Positions 39,530 to 49,747 of a DNA stretch of 64,000 nt are shown piece after piece. Within the stretch, counting starts at the first letter, position 1, and every line of letters begins with the position of its first letter. The position numbers were made by a program, and so were the translations under genes. Where the stretch lies: assembly GCA_021818585.1 (NCBI GenBank), contig JAKATU010000089.1:63735-127734 (forward strand), read 5' to 3'. Below the pieces are notes generated by a model. The model made no database searches. It saw nothing but the letters and a program-made list of their open reading frames with translations, and was not told the origin of the DNA. The DNA comes from Acidobacteriota bacterium. GTDB taxonomy: Bacteria; Acidobacteriota; Terriglobia; Terriglobales; Acidobacteriaceae.

Positions 39530-40675
39530 CTACCCAGCCGCGTCCTTCACCGTCCGCTTCAATTGCCCGCAAGCAGCATAAATATCCCGCCCCCGAGGCC
39601 GTCTGATGTACGCCGGAACACCCTTCCCCACCAGCAATTCCTGAAACGCCGCCACATCCCCAGCCTCAGGCATCCGGTAAGCCGTACCCGGCCCTGGATT
39701 CCACACAATCAAATTCACCTTCAGCGGCAGATTCGCCCGCCGCACCAGCTTCACCACCTTCTCCGCATCCTCCGGCCGGTCATTTACTCCCCCCAGCAAC
39801 ACATACTCAAACGTCACCCGCTCCTTCGCCTGCAGCGGAACTCGCCGCACCGCATCCAGCACCGCCGCAATATCCCACTTGCGATTAATCGGCATCACCT
39901 CGGCGCGCACCGCATCATCCGGAGCATTCAGGCTGATCGCCAGCTTCGGGCGCACCCTCTCGCCGGCAAAGCGCAAAATCCCCGGCACAATCCCCGAGGT
40001 CGAAACCGTCATCCGCGACGCCGGAATCCCAACCTCCTCCACCAGCAGCCGCACCGCATCCATGAATGCGTCATAGTTCAGGAAAGGCTCGCCCATCCCC
40101 ATAAACACAAGGTTGATTCGGTCCCGCCCAATCTTCACCTGCTGCAGCTTCAGCACCGCTACCACCTGCCCGGCAATCTCGCCCGCAGTCAGGTTCCGCA
40201 CAATCCCCAACTGCGCCGTCAGGCAAAACCGGCAGTTCACCGCGCACCCAATCTGGCTGGAAACGCAAATCGTAGCCCGCTGCGCCGCGTCCTCATCCGA
40301 CCCATCGCCCGTTTCGCCGCCATCTCCGCCCGGCATCCAAACGGTCTCCACCGTCTGCCCGTCCAGGCCCGCAATCAGATAGCGCTCCGTCCCATCGACG
40401 CTCGTAAAGGTCTCCACAATCTCCGGCAGCCCAACCCGGAAACCCTCCTCCGCCAGCCTCTCCCGCAGCGCCACAGGCAGCGTCGTCACCTCGTTCAGGT
40501 CGCCAACCCACTCCCGGTAAAGGGCATGTTCCACCTGCCCAACCCGCCAAGAAGGCAGATCCAGCTCGCTCAAGGCGTCCGTAAGTTGCTCATAATGAAG
40601 CCCAAACAGTGGACGAGTCCGCTCCCGGCCCCGAGCATCTAAAATAGTGGTTAGGTTTTCCCCGCCAGATGTCAT
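39530..40675 (-). CDS. rlmN: 23S rRNA/tRNA m2A methyltransferase (radical SAM); start uncertain
   Basis: CVSSQIGCAVNCRFC, VFMGMGEP, TVSTSG, ISLNA, FEYVLL, RGRDIYAACGQL. Confidence 0.93.
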   Translation of the reverse strand: MTSGGENLTTILDARGRERTRPLFGLHYEQLTDALSELDLPSWRVGQVEHALYREWVGDLNEVTTLPVALRERLAEEGFRVGLPEIVETFTSVDGTERYLIAGLDGQTVETVWMPGGDGGETGDGSDEDAAQRATICVSSQIGCAVNCRFCLTAQLGIVRNLTAGEIAGQVVAVLKLQQVKIGRDRINLVFMGMGEPFLNYDAFMDAVRLLVEEVGIPASRMTVSTSGIVPGILRFAGERVRPKLAISLNAPDDAVRAEVMPINRKWDIAAVLDAVRRVPLQAKERVTFEYVLLGGVNDRPEDAEKVVKLVRRANLPLKVNLIVWNPGPGTAYRMPEAGDVAAFQELLVGKGVPAYIRRPRGRDIYAACGQLKRTVKDAAG

Positions 40676-40760
40676 TCCATCCTGAGCATATCTCAGGATT
40701 CTCCGCGCCACCTCCTTCGCGCGACCCATGACTCTACCGCCGGAACCAGCCAGAGAATCT

Positions 40761-42035
40761 ATGAATCACATACGAGACATTCAGCGCACCACCCTCCCCA
40801 ACGGCCTCACCATCCTCACCGAGCGCATGGACCACGTCCGCTCCGTCGCCATGGGCGTCTGGATCAGCACCGGCTCACGCCACGAGCTCCCCGAGGTCAA
40901 CGGCATCTCCCACTTCGTCGAGCACATGGTCTTCAAGGGAACCAAAAACCGCTCCGCCCAGCACATCGCACGTGAAGTGGACGCCATCGGCGGCAACATT
41001 GACGCCTTCACCGGTAAAGAGACCATCTGCTTCAACATCAAGGTCCTCGACGAGCACGTCCCCACCGCCATCGACGTTCTCTCCGATCTCGTCCTCAACC
41101 CCACCTTCGACCATGACGAAATCCACCGCGAGCGCGGCGTCGTCCTCGAAGAAATCAAGATCGACGAGGACAATCCCGACTACCTCGTCCACGAAATCTT
41201 CACCCAGTCCTTCTGGAAAGGCCATCCGCTCTCCAAGCCCATCCTCGGCACCCGCGAAACCGTCAAGCGCTTCGAGCAGGACACCCTCTTCAACTACTAC
41301 GGCGACCGCTTCCTCGGCGGCAACCTCGTCTTCACCGCCGCCGGCAACCTCCAGCACGATGAATTCGTCGAGCAGGTCCGCCGCCGCTTTGACAACCTCC
41401 CCGCCGGCAAATCGCCTCACACGCAGGAAGCCCCCAAAACCCACGCCCGCATCCAGCTCCGCAACAAGCAGGCCCTCGAACAGGTCCAGCTCTGCCTCGG
41501 CGTGCCCGCGCCCCAGGTCAATCATGACCAGCGCTACGTCACCCTCATGCTCAACAACATCCTCGGCGGCGGCATGAGCTCACGCCTCTTCCAGACCATC
41601 CGCGAAGAGCGCGGCCTCGTCTACTCCATCTACTCTGACCTCGCGCCCTACCGCGACACCGGCTCCCTCTGCGTCTATGCCGGAACCTCCGCCGCCCAGG
41701 CCCTCCATGTCGTCGACCTGATCATGGCAGAGTTCCGCCGCATCAAGTCCTCGCCCGTCGACCCCGGCGAGCTGCGCCGCGCCAAGGACCAGCTCAAGGG
41801 CAACCTCCTGCTCTCGCTTGAAAGCTCCACCGCTCGCATGTCCAACCTCGCCCGCCAGGAGATGTACTTCAACCACTTCTCCAGCTTCGACGAAATCCTC
41901 CAGAATGTAGAAGCCGTCACCGCCGACCAGATCATGCAGATGGCCCAAACCCTGCTACGCCCTGAACTCGTAGCCGTAACTCTATTAGGCCGCCTCGAAG
42001 GCATCAAGCTAACCCGCGACCACCTCGTCTGTTAA
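40761..42035 (+). CDS. M16 (pitrilysin-family) zinc peptidase
   Basis: HFVEHMVFKGT inverted zinc motif, GGGMSSRLFQ.IREERGLVY. Confidence 0.93.
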   Translation: MNHIRDIQRTTLPNGLTILTERMDHVRSVAMGVWISTGSRHELPEVNGISHFVEHMVFKGTKNRSAQHIAREVDAIGGNIDAFTGKETICFNIKVLDEHVPTAIDVLSDLVLNPTFDHDEIHRERGVVLEEIKIDEDNPDYLVHEIFTQSFWKGHPLSKPILGTRETVKRFEQDTLFNYYGDRFLGGNLVFTAAGNLQHDEFVEQVRRRFDNLPAGKSPHTQEAPKTHARIQLRNKQALEQVQLCLGVPAPQVNHDQRYVTLMLNNILGGGMSSRLFQTIREERGLVYSIYSDLAPYRDTGSLCVYAGTSAAQALHVVDLIMAEFRRIKSSPVDPGELRRAKDQLKGNLLLSLESSTARMSNLARQEMYFNHFSSFDEILQNVEAVTADQIMQMAQTLLRPELVAVTLLGRLEGIKLTRDHLVC

Positions 42036-42064
42036 GGCCGCCAACCTTTTTACTCTGCCTGTGT

Positions 42065-42111
42065 TGTCATTCCGACCGGAGCGCCGAAGGCGCGGAGCGG
42101 AGGAACCTGCA
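42065..42111 (+). repeat. REP-like intergenic element
   Basis: TGTCATTCCGACCGGAGCGCCGAAGGCGCGGAGCGGAGGAACCTGCA with an internal GCGCC-GAA-GGCGC hairpin. Confidence 0.65.
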
Positions 42112-42157
42112 GCTTCCCACGCTCACCACGAAACGCATCACTTGAGGAACACCCCAC

Positions 42158-42286
42158 ATGGCCGACGGTAAAGAAGAACGCGAACAAAGAGAACAGCAAC
42201 GCGAACAAGATCGCTACAAGGACCAGTCCGACCGCATCGACCGCTCCTGCCAGTACGAAGAAAAACCCGACCGCAACGACTCCTGA
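42158..42286 (+). CDS. Small charged hypothetical protein (42 aa)
   Basis: GAGGA RBS; MADGKEEREQREQQREQDRYKDQSDRIDRSCQYEEKPDRNDS. Confidence 0.5.
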   Translation: MADGKEEREQREQQREQDRYKDQSDRIDRSCQYEEKPDRNDS

Positions 42287-42364
42287 CCGGAGTGCCTGTG
42301 GAAAGTCAAGACGTTATTCTGTTGTCGGCTCGGCTGATGGACGGTTTGCAGTTGAGGCTGCCAT

Positions 42365-43010
42365 GTGGTCTTTCATGTATTCCTTTCTCCAGGTTTCGAT
42401 CGGAGCCCTGGCTTCTCCGCCCAAATGGGTCTCAGCCCCGCATCGCTCATCTTTGGCAACGTGAACATCACCAGTCCGGTCACCCAAAGCGTCGCCATTC
42501 TCTCCACCGGAACCGCCGCCCTCACCATCAACTCCGCAACCCTCTCAGGAATCGACTTCTCGCTGGCGGCAACCATGCTTCCTCTCACCATCAATCCCGG
42601 CCGGTCCGCATCACTCCGGGTCAAGTTCAACCCGACTTCAGCATCCAGCTACACAGGTTCCCTCAGCATCAACAGCAACGCTGCATCCGGCGCAACCACC
42701 ACAGTTCCACCCTCGAGTTCAGGCGTCTCAGCCGTCTACAGCGTCGCGTTGAACCGGGCCGCGCCAACCAGTTCCACAGATCCGGTAACTGGCTATGGTA
42801 TACATCGTGCGCCTGGCGGAAGCACCACCTGCCGGTTCCCTCAGCTCCACTCCCACGACCGCCACAACATACACCGACATAACCGTGGCAAGTGGTCAAA
42901 ACGATCTCTGCTACGTCCTGAGTGTTGACTCTTCCGAAGATGAGAGCGGCCCTTCCAAGACCTATTTGGCAACCAGCCCATGGCCCTGTCAGCACACAAT
43001 TCCCACGTAA
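42365..43010 (+). pseudogene. Frameshifted remnant of a surface protein (ASH/choice-of-anchor D + FN3-like)
   Basis: LSPASLIFGNV...STGTAALTI...VKFNPT...YTGSLSINSNA; the FN3-like part DPVTGY..RAPGGS continues in another frame as STPTTATTYTD.TVASG...SVDS..DESGPS. Confidence 0.65.
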
Positions 43011-43058
43011 CATCAGAAAGCAGCTTTCTGTGATGTCCGATACAACAGAGCCTGCTGC

Positions 43059-44183
43059 CTACTCATGGACCACGGCTTTCACCAGGTTGCGCGGCCTATC
43101 CACGTCAATCCCCCTCTGTACCGCGCTGTAATAGGCCAGCAGTTGCAGCGGCGCCACCTCAAGAATCGGCAACAAATACTCACTCGCTGTCGGCACGTGG
43201 ATAACATGAGGCGTAAGCCGTTCCAACTCATCATCCCCTTCGGTCCCTATCGCAATCATCTGCGGCTTCTGCGGCAAAAGGTCGCGCATCAACTGCAGAG
43301 TCTTCTCATACCGCAACACCGAGTCCGGATCATCGCGGTCCACCGTCGCCAGAATCACCACCGGCGCATCGGGTCCAACCAGCGCATTGGGGCCGTGCTT
43401 CAGTTCGCCGGTCGGGAATCCCTCCGCCTGCAGATACGCTGACTCCTTCAGCTTCAAGGCGCCCTCCCTTGCAATCGCGTAGTGGATACCACGTCCCAAA
43501 TACAACAGCGCCTTCGCATCGCAAAATACTCTGGCAAGTTGCCGTGCCTGGTCGTTCCACCCAGGAAGACTCTTCTCCATCGCAGGGATCAGTTCCGCAA
43601 ACTGCGCGCAGCGCGTGCTCACCGTCTGTGGAGTCATCCGCCCCCGGAACCGCGCGACCGCAAGCGTAAGTAGATACAGCGTCGCTAGTTGCGAGGTAAA
43701 ACTTTTCGTTGCGGGAACCGCAATCTCCTTGCCCGCCCACATCGGCAGCGATGCATCCGCCGTCTGCGCCATCGTGGAGTCAGCCCGATTCGTAATCGCA
43801 ACGGTTGCTAATCCGCGCGCCTTGGCCTCCCGCAGCGCCGCAAGCGTGTCCGCCGTTTCACCTGATTGCGAAATCACCAGCACGCAAGGGTCCTGCAGCG
43901 TATGCGTCGTCCGGTAGCAGTACTCGCTCGCATACTCTACGTCCACAACCAGACCGGCCAGGTCTTCCAGCATGATCTCCGCCGCAAGTCCCGCATAGCG
44001 GCTCGATCCGCTCGCCGCAATCACCAGCCGCTCGCGTCCGCGCAGCGCCTCGGTTGCCGCGCGAAACGTCTCCGGTGTCAGATTTCCTTCACTCACCGCA
44101 TGTTTCAGCGTTGCTGCCAGTGCCTCCGGCTGCTCGAAGATTTCCTTCAGCATGGCATGTTCAAACTTCCGTTCCGCCTGCAT
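43059..44183 (-). CDS. Double-SIS sugar-phosphate isomerase/deaminase (GlmS isomerase domain only)
   Basis: MLKEIFEQP, ISQSGETADT, ATKSFT, EGALKLKE, ELKHGP, DRPRNLVKAVVHE; no glutaminase domain. Confidence 0.88.
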   Translation of the reverse strand: MQAERKFEHAMLKEIFEQPEALAATLKHAVSEGNLTPETFRAATEALRGRERLVIAASGSSRYAGLAAEIMLEDLAGLVVDVEYASEYCYRTTHTLQDPCVLVISQSGETADTLAALREAKARGLATVAITNRADSTMAQTADASLPMWAGKEIAVPATKSFTSQLATLYLLTLAVARFRGRMTPQTVSTRCAQFAELIPAMEKSLPGWNDQARQLARVFCDAKALLYLGRGIHYAIAREGALKLKESAYLQAEGFPTGELKHGPNALVGPDAPVVILATVDRDDPDSVLRYEKTLQLMRDLLPQKPQMIAIGTEGDDELERLTPHVIHVPTASEYLLPILEVAPLQLLAYYSAVQRGIDVDRPRNLVKAVVHE

Positions 44184-44265
44184 CGCGTCGCGCTCCCATA
44201 GGATTAATTCAGTGAATGTGCAGCAAAATCAAGGCGCGCGTCATGCAGCGACGCAGCCCCGTCAG

Positions 44266-45051
44266 TTAAACAACTATCACTTCCACACCCGCAGCGCGAA
44301 AAGCATCCAGCATCGCCGAATCAATACCCTGGTCCGTGATCACCTTCTGAATTTGCTGGATTGGGCAGATCAACGCAGGGCTCACCATGCCGATCTTGCT
44401 CGAATCCGCCACAATAATCGTCTGCTTCGACTGGCGCACAAAGGCTCGAAACACAGCCGCCTCATCGGCCTCAATCGCTGTCGCTCCATGGACCGGATCA
44501 ATACCCGTCCCACCGATGAACACCTTATCCATGAATATTCCGCTCACCGCTTCCAGCGCGATCGGGCCCGTCATGGAAAAAGCTCCGGCCCAACGCATCG
44601 TGCCGCCCACCAGCGTCACATTCAACCTTGGCTGATTGCTCAGCTCCATACCGATATTCACCGCGTTGGTCACCACCTGGATCCCCGAGCGATGGCGAAT
44701 GCAGCGCGCCACCTGCGTCGTCGTGGTTCCAGCCGTAAGGCCGATCGTCTCCCGCTCTTGAATCAGTTCTGCCGCCGCAATGCCAATCCGCCGCTTCTCC
44801 TCGGAAAAACGGCTCTCGCGCTCCTGAAACGACGAGTCAAAGCGAAAAGGCTGATACTGCGCCTGTCCCGCCAGTTTCGCGCCACCATGCGTGCGTCGCA
44901 CAAGACCGCGCTCCTCCAGGCGAGTCAGGTCACGCCGAACGCTCGCAGGAGACGCGCCCGTCAACCGTACCAACTCATCCACCGAGGTCGTCCCGTTACG
45001 GAGCACCGCATGAAGAATCTGATTCGCTCGTTTGTCGGTTCTTGCTGACAT
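44266..45051 (-). CDS. DeoR/GlpR (AgaR-like) transcriptional regulator
   Basis: SPASVRRDLTRLE...RTHGGA, AGTTT, VVTNA, ADSSK. Confidence 0.92.
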   Translation of the reverse strand: MSARTDKRANQILHAVLRNGTTSVDELVRLTGASPASVRRDLTRLEERGLVRRTHGGAKLAGQAQYQPFRFDSSFQERESRFSEEKRRIGIAAAELIQERETIGLTAGTTTTQVARCIRHRSGIQVVTNAVNIGMELSNQPRLNVTLVGGTMRWAGAFSMTGPIALEAVSGIFMDKVFIGGTGIDPVHGATAIEADEAAVFRAFVRQSKQTIIVADSSKIGMVSPALICPIQQIQKVITDQGIDSAMLDAFRAAGVEVIVV

Positions 45052-45086
45052 AGGGCCGCGCTGGATAAAACTCCAATTAACTCTGG

Positions 45087-45863
45087 TTAGATTCGCTGCG
45101 CGCCTGCAACGGGCTGTTTGTCCGCAACAGAATCCAGCAGCTTCGTCATCGCACGCACATCCTCTTCGTGCGTCGTGTAACGCAAATACTCTTGCTCGCG
45201 TCGTTCTCCCATCGCGATTCCCTGTTTATGAAAATCCGCCGGGCTCTGCTCTGCCTTCCGCAAACTCGCATGATACTCTCTGATTCCCGTCGAGGCCAGA
45301 AGGTGTCGCACCGTCCTCAGCGTCACCCCGCCGCCGGCCATCACCGCAAGCCGGTCTTCAGCGGCATCATGCATCCTTCCCAGCACCTCGCAGCCCTTCG
45401 ATACGTTCTGCGATCCGCCAGAGCTCAGCACCCGCTGCGCCCCAGTCGTAATCACATCTTCCAGCGCACCCAGGGGATCAGGGGTCATGTCAATCGCACG
45501 GTGGAACGTAACAGGCAGTCCGCCAGCGCGTTCTACCAACTCGCGCGTACGCTTCACGTCCACCCTGCCGCGCTCCGTCAATATGCCAAGAACAAATCCG
45601 TTGGCCCCAAGCCGTTGCGCCTCATCCATCTCGCGCTGCATCACTTCAAATTCATCAGCGGAATAAATGAAGTCGCCCGCCCGCGGTCGAATCATCACGT
45701 GAATATCAATCTTCAGTCGCGACCGGATCACCGAAACCAACCCAGGCCCGGGCGTCACCCCACCTTCGAGCAGATCCGAGCACAGTTCGATGCGTGCGGC
45801 TCCTCCTCGTTGTGCGGCTATCGCTGACGCCACTGTCTCAACACAGACTTCCAGAACCGCCAT
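45087..45863 (-). CDS. cutC: CutC-family TIM-barrel protein
   Basis: LEVCV, GGAARIELC..L.EGGVTP, MIRPRAGDF.Y, TFHRAID, RVLSSGG. Confidence 0.9.
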   Translation of the reverse strand: MAVLEVCVETVASAIAAQRGGAARIELCSDLLEGGVTPGPGLVSVIRSRLKIDIHVMIRPRAGDFIYSADEFEVMQREMDEAQRLGANGFVLGILTERGRVDVKRTRELVERAGGLPVTFHRAIDMTPDPLGALEDVITTGAQRVLSSGGSQNVSKGCEVLGRMHDAAEDRLAVMAGGGVTLRTVRHLLASTGIREYHASLRKAEQSPADFHKQGIAMGERREQEYLRYTTHEEDVRAMTKLLDSVADKQPVAGAQRI

Positions 45864-45982
45864 TACGTCCAACCCATTCACATTGCGCTTGCCCCTGTGG
45901 CGCCAGACTCCAGAGGCTACCCAAAAAACACACACATGACTCAATCGCCGCTGCCGCTTTGTCGAATCGCAATCCAGTCAGC

Positions 45983-46011
45983 AAAAACGGGCCGCCTGTC
46001 ACGCGACCCGT
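45983..46011 (-). terminator. Intrinsic terminator after the TonB receptor gene
   Basis: Minus strand ACGGGTCGC-GTGACAG-GCGGCCCGTTTTT. Confidence 0.65.
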
Positions 46012-46027
46012 ATACTCGCTCATCGCA

Positions 46028-49000
46028 TCAGAAACGGTAATGCAATGAGAACTGCAAATGGCGCTCCGTCGAACGAACACCCGATATCAACCCAAAAGTA
46101 CTGTCGTTGATATTCGTATCCGGGTTGCCGTAGCTCACGATATTCAGCGCATTGAAAGCCTCAAACTGGAAGCGCAGCGACTGATCCCCGATCACATGGA
46201 AGTCCTTGAACGCCGACATGTCCACGTTCAGGAAACCAGGACCGCGCTCCGTGCCGTTCCCTGCCGTGCCAAACGCATTCACCGCCGGGTTCCCATAGGC
46301 GCATGTCCCGTTGTCGACACCAGGCTGCGTGCAGGGCTGTGCGGAAGGATCAGTTCCGAACCAATCGTTCAGACTCCGGTTCACCACCTTGATCTTCCGG
46401 TATTGGTTCGGTCGCGACACCCCATAGCTCTGCGAGTTGTTGCCATTCCCGGTCAGCGTCTCAGGGAATCCCGTGTAAGAGACACCCGATGCCGAGAAGC
46501 TCCAGCCGCCGATCGCTTCATCCTCAATACGATTGATGTGGGTCAAGTACTGGCGGCCGCGCCCAAAAGGCAACGCGTAAACCATGTACCAGTTCAGGCT
46601 ATGACGAATGTCATAACCGGCCGGGCCCCAGTCCGCGGCACTGTCATAGTAATTCTGGAAAGCGCCGCTATAACCGTTCACGTTCAGCGCATAGTTACCC
46701 AGGCTGTTCGTCAGGGCTTTTCCGTAAGTATAGTTAGCCGTGAACTCCAGGCCGCGATACAGCCGCTGCCGCAAAACCACCTGCAGAGCCTGGTAGTTCA
46801 TCGCTGCACGCGACTCAGTAATCAGCAACGAGTTCGAACCAATGCTGGTCGCCGGGTTTGCATTCACGCCCAGGTACTGGTTGTTGTAGTAAGGTGCCGA
46901 GGTCGGGTCGTTATTGATCTTCCACTGATTCACGTTCCCATAATCCTCGATGTGTTGGCCCTGCTCCCCAAGGTAGCTCACCTGCAAGGATGTGGTACGA
47001 CTTAGCGCATACTCTCCAGTCAGGTTCCACTCCTGCACATAGGCCGGTTTAATGTTCTTTGGATAAACGTTGAACGTTCCTCCGTAGCTCACACCGCCTC
47101 CGGTAAATCCATCTTCCGCAGTCCGCGGTGTGCCTCCATTTCCCGGTGTGGGAGCCACTGTCGAAACATTCACCGCCTGGATAAACGGCGTAATCGAAGT
47201 CAGTCGCTGATTCGAGGAGTTTCCTTCAAAAAAGCTCGTGGCCCCATATCCGCCGCGGATCACAAAACGATTGTTGACCTGGTAGGCAAAACCAACCCGA
47301 GGATCAAAGTCGTTCTGCGGGTTATAACAGCCACGATTGCTGCAGATACCAGAGTTAGGCGGCGCGCCCACCGGAACCGAGTGAGCATACAACACCTGCC
47401 CGGTCGCCAGATCGATGTTTCCGGTCTTGTTATTCTGCTCCACCCATGGCTGGTCATACTCATACCGCAAACCATAAGTTAGCGTCAGGTCCGGCAGCAC
47501 TTTGTACTCGTCTCCGGCGTAGAATGCCGCGCGCCACTGCCGCTGCCCCACGTTCACGCTTGTAAGCGTCGCAGCCGCGGAACTCACATAATCCAGCACA
47601 AAGTCCGCGCCGCCGTAACCGCCTGCATTTGCCAGCGAAGGATTGCTGGTGAACTCGCCGTTGTAATTCAAAATCCCAAGATACCCATTGTTGTTCGCCG
47701 TCGGATAGTTATTCTGATATCTCAGCGACTGCGTGCCAAACGTAAAGGTGTGCTTCCCATGCTGCCAGGTCACATCGTCCATGTAGCTGTAGGTGTTATC
47801 AATCAGGCCGCCGCCATAAACCGGATTGCCGCCGGCCGTGATACCCCCGCTGATGCCCTGATAGGTATACCCCGCATACGACTGGTTCGGGAAAGGAATG
47901 CCAACCTTCGCGTCACCCGAAGTTCCAAATTGACCCGTCGAATCCGTTGAGAAATTCTGCGCCCACACCGTCCGCGTAAAACCGATATGCAGAGAGTTCA
48001 CCAGGTTCGGCGAGAAAATATGCACCCAGTTCAACCCACCCAACTTGGTGGGATAAAGATTCGGCCCGTTAAACGAAATCGCCAGCACAGGCGTCGAACC
48101 ATCATAAGCCGTCGACATCGAATAAAACCCGGTGATCTTATCCGAATTGCTCACGTCATACTCCAGCTTAATATCTCCCTGGTTATTCGCGTTGTAGCTC
48201 CGCGTCGGCCCCTGGTAGTTATTCGCCGCTATGCCGTCAGTCGGTGTCGCGTTCGGCAAAGGATAAATGTCCGGGTGCGAAAACAGGAACTTTGCCACCG
48301 GATTCACGATCGGCAGGCCCTTGTCTCCAACAAAGGGCGCAAAGTTATTCTGCGAATCATAAAGCTGAATCGGATTGCTTCCAGACAGCAGTGCGGAAAA
48401 ATCGCCGGTGCGCATCGCCGCAGGAAACACGCTCGCCGAGCCGATTCCACCCACGTGATGACGCGATCCCAAATAATCCACAAAAAAGAACAGCTTATTC
48501 CGCAGAATCGGACCACCCAGCGTGGCGCCAAACTGCGCCTGTGAGTAGGGATTAATCGGAATCTTCGGATTCGAGTGATTGTTGTTCCAGGAATTCGCGT
48601 TCATGCGGTAATCCTGCACATAACCATATGCCGAACCATGGAAATGATTCGTCCCGCTCTTCAGCACCGACGCCACTCCACCGCCATTCACGTTGCCAAA
48701 TCCCAGTGGCGAGTTCGCCGTAACCACTTTCACTTCGGCCAGCGCTGCCGGCGCCGGACTGTACGAAATGAGATTATTAAACGTCTCATTCATATCAATG
48801 CCGTCCAGCGTAAAGTTATTCGCCTGCGCACGGTTGCCATCAATGTTCACAGTGTCTGTAAAGTAGGTACTGCGCTCAATGCTAGTCGTCCCCGACGTTC
48901 CAGCCGTGCTCACAGAGCCCGGTATGTAGAGCGTCAACGCGGAAAAATCCAGACCATTCAATGGAAAGTTGCGAATCGCACTCGCCGTAATCATGCCACC

Positions 49001-49408
49001 CAGCGTCGCGTTGCTCGTATTCAGAATCGGCGCCGCCGCTGACACCTTCACCGTCGTCGAAACGCTGCCCGCCGACAACGTCACGTTAAAGTTGATCGTC
49101 TGCAGTGCCTCAACATGGAATGCCGGAACCTTCTTTGTCCCGAATCCCTGCGCCGTAATTGTCTCCGTGTATCGGCCGATTGGCAAATACGCAATCCGGT
49201 AAAGGCCCGCCGAATCAGTCACCGTCGAAGACTTCACGCCTGTAGCCAGATTCTCTGCAACCACCTTCGCCCCACGGATCGCTGCTCCCGTCGTATCTGT
49301 CACCACACCGGTCAGCGTGCCCGTTATGTTTTGCGCGTACCCTGCAACAGCACTGGCCAGCATAACTACCATCGCGACCAATGCAACTCGGACCATCCTT
49401 CTCATCAT
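46028..49408 (-). CDS. TonB-dependent receptor (Oar-like, carboxypeptidase-regulatory N-domain)
   Basis: Signal peptide, GTLTGVVTDTTGAAI, NNFTLDGID, KSGTNHFHGS, PRVGFAY, C-terminal RHLQFSLHYRF. Confidence 0.92.
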   Translation of the reverse strand: MMRRMVRVALVAMVVMLASAVAGYAQNITGTLTGVVTDTTGAAIRGAKVVAENLATGVKSSTVTDSAGLYRIAYLPIGRYTETITAQGFGTKKVPAFHVEALQTINFNVTLSAGSVSTTVKVSAAAPILNTSNATLGGMITASAIRNFPLNGLDFSALTLYIPGSVSTAGTSGTTSIERSTYFTDTVNIDGNRAQANNFTLDGIDMNETFNNLISYSPAPAALAEVKVVTANSPLGFGNVNGGGVASVLKSGTNHFHGSAYGYVQDYRMNANSWNNNHSNPKIPINPYSQAQFGATLGGPILRNKLFFFVDYLGSRHHVGGIGSASVFPAAMRTGDFSALLSGSNPIQLYDSQNNFAPFVGDKGLPIVNPVAKFLFSHPDIYPLPNATPTDGIAANNYQGPTRSYNANNQGDIKLEYDVSNSDKITGFYSMSTAYDGSTPVLAISFNGPNLYPTKLGGLNWVHIFSPNLVNSLHIGFTRTVWAQNFSTDSTGQFGTSGDAKVGIPFPNQSYAGYTYQGISGGITAGGNPVYGGGLIDNTYSYMDDVTWQHGKHTFTFGTQSLRYQNNYPTANNNGYLGILNYNGEFTSNPSLANAGGYGGADFVLDYVSSAAATLTSVNVGQRQWRAAFYAGDEYKVLPDLTLTYGLRYEYDQPWVEQNNKTGNIDLATGQVLYAHSVPVGAPPNSGICSNRGCYNPQNDFDPRVGFAYQVNNRFVIRGGYGATSFFEGNSSNQRLTSITPFIQAVNVSTVAPTPGNGGTPRTAEDGFTGGGVSYGGTFNVYPKNIKPAYVQEWNLTGEYALSRTTSLQVSYLGEQGQHIEDYGNVNQWKINNDPTSAPYYNNQYLGVNANPATSIGSNSLLITESRAAMNYQALQVVLRQRLYRGLEFTANYTYGKALTNSLGNYALNVNGYSGAFQNYYDSAADWGPAGYDIRHSLNWYMVYALPFGRGRQYLTHINRIEDEAIGGWSFSASGVSYTGFPETLTGNGNNSQSYGVSRPNQYRKIKVVNRSLNDWFGTDPSAQPCTQPGVDNGTCAYGNPAVNAFGTAGNGTERGPGFLNVDMSAFKDFHVIGDQSLRFQFEAFNALNIVSYGNPDTNINDSTFGLISGVRSTERHLQFSLHYRF

Positions 49409-49688
49409 TGCGTTTCTCCTGGTGCCTCGAAATCATGAATCCTGCTCAGTCTTCTGCGCTGTCCATCTGCGCTCAGCTTCGCTTTTCCTGTACGTTCTCC
49501 GCGGAATTTCCCACGCTTCGTAAGTACCGCCAAATCTACTCCAGAATGCTCAAATGAGCAAGAAAAGAATAAAAATTGCAAAAAGCAATCAGTTTACGGT
49601 TCGAAATGACCGGTAAATCCAATTGTTATCAGTAAGTTAAAGCGCCAGGTAGACCCTCACCTCGCCCGCACACCTCCCCGTTCTCCGT

Positions 49689-49721
49689 AAAAAAAACGCC
49701 CGGAACCGAAGTTCCGGGCGT
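49689..49721 (-). terminator. Intrinsic terminator after the MFS gene
   Basis: Minus strand ACGCCCGGAAC-TTCG-GTTCCGGGCGTTTTTTTT. Confidence 0.85.
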
Positions 49722-49747
49722 CGCTTGCATCACACAGCGCGATCTCT

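Noticed and set aside
40676-40729. N-terminal extension of RlmN (RRILRYAQDG)
   Set aside because: This is the translation of a degenerate intergenic repeat, not protein sequence.
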